NCBI GenBank assembly: GCA_963758525.1
Contig: CAVWVQ010000002.1
Location: forward strand, 32,001 to 96,000
Direction: 5' to 3'
DNA length: 64,000 nt
From: an uncultured Phycisphaerales bacterium
Lineage (GTDB): Bacteria; Planctomycetota; Phycisphaerae; Tepidisphaerales; Tepidisphaeraceae
This document shows, piece by piece, positions 62,540 to 64,000 of this stretch. The stretch's first letter is position 1. Each line of letters begins with the position of its first letter. The notes below the pieces were generated by a model. It did no database searches and was not told the DNA's origin. It was given only the letters and a program-made list of their open reading frames with translations. A program made the translations under genes and the position numbers.

Positions 62540-62827
62540 ATGGATGCATCGCCGCTCACACTCCGCCAATTTCAGAAGCACATTGCCGGCCGATACGAGG
62601 CGCAAGATCGCGCCCGCGGCACGCCGAAAACGTTTATGTGGTTCGTGGAGGAAGTCGGCGAGCTTTCCACCGCACTGAACGCCGGCGACGACCCGGCCAA
62701 CATTCGCGAAGAGTTCGCCGATGTTTTTGCATGGTTGTGCACGCTTGCCAACATCAACGATGTCGATCTGGCCGAGGCCGTCGCAGAGAAATATCTCGGG
62801 GACCAGCCGCCGCAGGGCGTGAAGTAG
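62540..62827 (+). CDS. MazG-like nucleotide pyrophosphohydrolase
   Basis: WFVEEVGEL, REEFADVFAWLCTLAN. Confidence 0.85.
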   Translation: MDASPLTLRQFQKHIAGRYEAQDRARGTPKTFMWFVEEVGELSTALNAGDDPANIREEFADVFAWLCTLANINDVDLAEAVAEKYLGDQPPQGVK

Positions 62828-62831
62828 GGGT

Positions 62832-62901
62832 GGTGATTGGTGATTGGAACGTGACTCGATCTGCCATCCCCGGCTTCGTCACGTTCCAATCACCAATCAC
62901 C
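62832..62901. repeat. 24-bp perfect inverted repeat; same 24-mer at 18511-18534
   Basis: GGTGATTGGTGATTGGAACGTGAC / GTCACGTTCCAATCACCAATCACC. Confidence 0.8.
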
Positions 62902-62954
62902 CGCCCCGGTATCACCGCTTCTGAATTCCGGAGCCACATGTTAGAGTAAACTCA

Positions 62955-64000
62955 ATGCGTTTTTTCCTGGCGGGGTTGCTGTTGGGGATTCTTCAATCTG
63001 TCGCGGCGGCGCAGGTGAGCGGATTCGTCGAAGCAGTCGGTTTCGACAGCAATTATCGACCCAACGCCTGGACGCCGATGCTGGTCGATCTCACGTCGCA
63101 GAACACCACGACGCAGGACTATCAGATTCAAGTCGTTCAGCAGGATCTGGACAAGGACAACGTCACCTACACGCGCGACGTCACGCTCAACGCGGGCGTG
63201 CAGCAGAAATTCTGGGTCTACTTCGTGCCGCAGCCGACCGATCATGGGCTGCCGTCGCAGTCGATGGATGATCTGCAGAAGGTGCTGCGCGTTTACGTGG
63301 CGACGCATCCCGATGGCAGCGGCCGCACCAGACAGCTCGTGCAGCTTCCCGTTCGCTTCACCTTGAACAACCTCGATCCGGTCAACTCCGGCTTCGATGT
63401 TTCGCGCGGGCAGCGGCTGGTGCTCTGGATCAGCGATGGGTCGAGTCACCCAGCCGGACTGAATCTCCAGCAGTTGGCGCAGCCAATTTGCGGGACGATG
63501 GAGGACATCGCGCAGGTCGCGCTCAAGCCCCATGACCTGCCGGAAAACGTCCTCGGGTACGATGCCGTGGACACCGTCCTCTGGCTCAACGCCGACGCCA
63601 GCGAGCTGGACGAAGCCGGCGCTCGCCGCAAGGAGGCGCTGGCGGAATTCATTGCTCGCGGTGGTCAGTTGGTCGTCTGCCAGCCGCAACAGCTTCATCG
63701 GGTCGATGCGCTGTCGGACCTTCTTCCAGTCAACATCGCCGACATGAGTCTCGAAGACTGTCCGAACCTCGACCCGCTGGCACACCTTGCGGTCCCGAAG
63801 GGAATTCAGGAGATCGACAAACAACCCTGGACGGCAATGTCGCATCGTCAGCAGTTCAGGTTCGCCCGCGCCAAGGCGAAAGACGACGCAGTCATCGGCG
63901 AATGGATCGACTGGAAAGGGGACAAGTCCAGTGTCTCCCCTTTTCTTGCCCGCCGTAGTGCGGGGCTGGGCTCCGTGACCTGGGTGGCCTGCGATCTTGG
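62955..64000 (+). CDS. Exported/membrane protein with glutamine-amidotransferase-like domain, partial (runs off window)
   Basis: Not in ORF track. MRFFLAGLLLGILQSVAAAQVSGFVEAVGF..YRPNAWTP..DLPENVLGYDAVDTVLW..ALAEFIARGGQLVV. Confidence 0.7.
   Translation, partial: MRFFLAGLLLGILQSVAAAQVSGFVEAVGFDSNYRPNAWTPMLVDLTSQNTTTQDYQIQVVQQDLDKDNVTYTRDVTLNAGVQQKFWVYFVPQPTDHGLPSQSMDDLQKVLRVYVATHPDGSGRTRQLVQLPVRFTLNNLDPVNSGFDVSRGQRLVLWISDGSSHPAGLNLQQLAQPICGTMEDIAQVALKPHDLPENVLGYDAVDTVLWLNADASELDEAGARRKEALAEFIARGGQLVVCQPQQLHRVDALSDLLPVNIADMSLEDCPNLDPLAHLAVPKGIQEIDKQPWTAMSHRQQFRFARAKAKDDAVIGEWIDWKGDKSSVSPFLARRSAGLGSVTWVACDL

Overview
GC-rich bacterial chromosome segment. Gene content (DUF1559/H-X9-DG-type proteins, secretin N-domain-like protein, class II aldolase, dense intergenic palindromes) suggests a Planctomycetota (Phycisphaerae/Tepidisphaerales-like) genome; this is inference. 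About 50 mostly housekeeping CDSs are supportable: rluD-like, tatA, dgkA, APC permease, sensor kinase, LOG, TonB-family, queE, queD, pyrD, OYE, DUF748 giant, desaturase, glycosyltransferases, nnrD, IDH, hisD/C/B, Na/Pi cotransporter, yhaM, sodA, BtuF/C/D-like ABC transporter, sucC, class V aminotransferase, TPR-peptidase and MazG-like, plus one CAT-anticodon tRNA. No CRISPR, integrase, transposase or prophage is visible. Most notable observations: (1) a deletion scar joining the start of actA (alternative complex III) to a late fragment of cytochrome c oxidase subunit III; (2) a prepilin cleavage site about 410 aa inside a two-TM membrane protein; (3) a REP-like palindrome read in frame inside a metallo-beta-lactamase-fold gene; (4) an identical 144-bp MITE-like element in two inverted copies 15 kb apart; (5) about 12 frameshifts, 11 of them at GCGC, suggesting modification-linked long-read errors; (6) a Tat-like signal at the C-terminus of a double glycosyltransferase; (7) an RBS-sequestering hairpin upstream of sodA. 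All family calls come from motif recognition by eye, not database searches.
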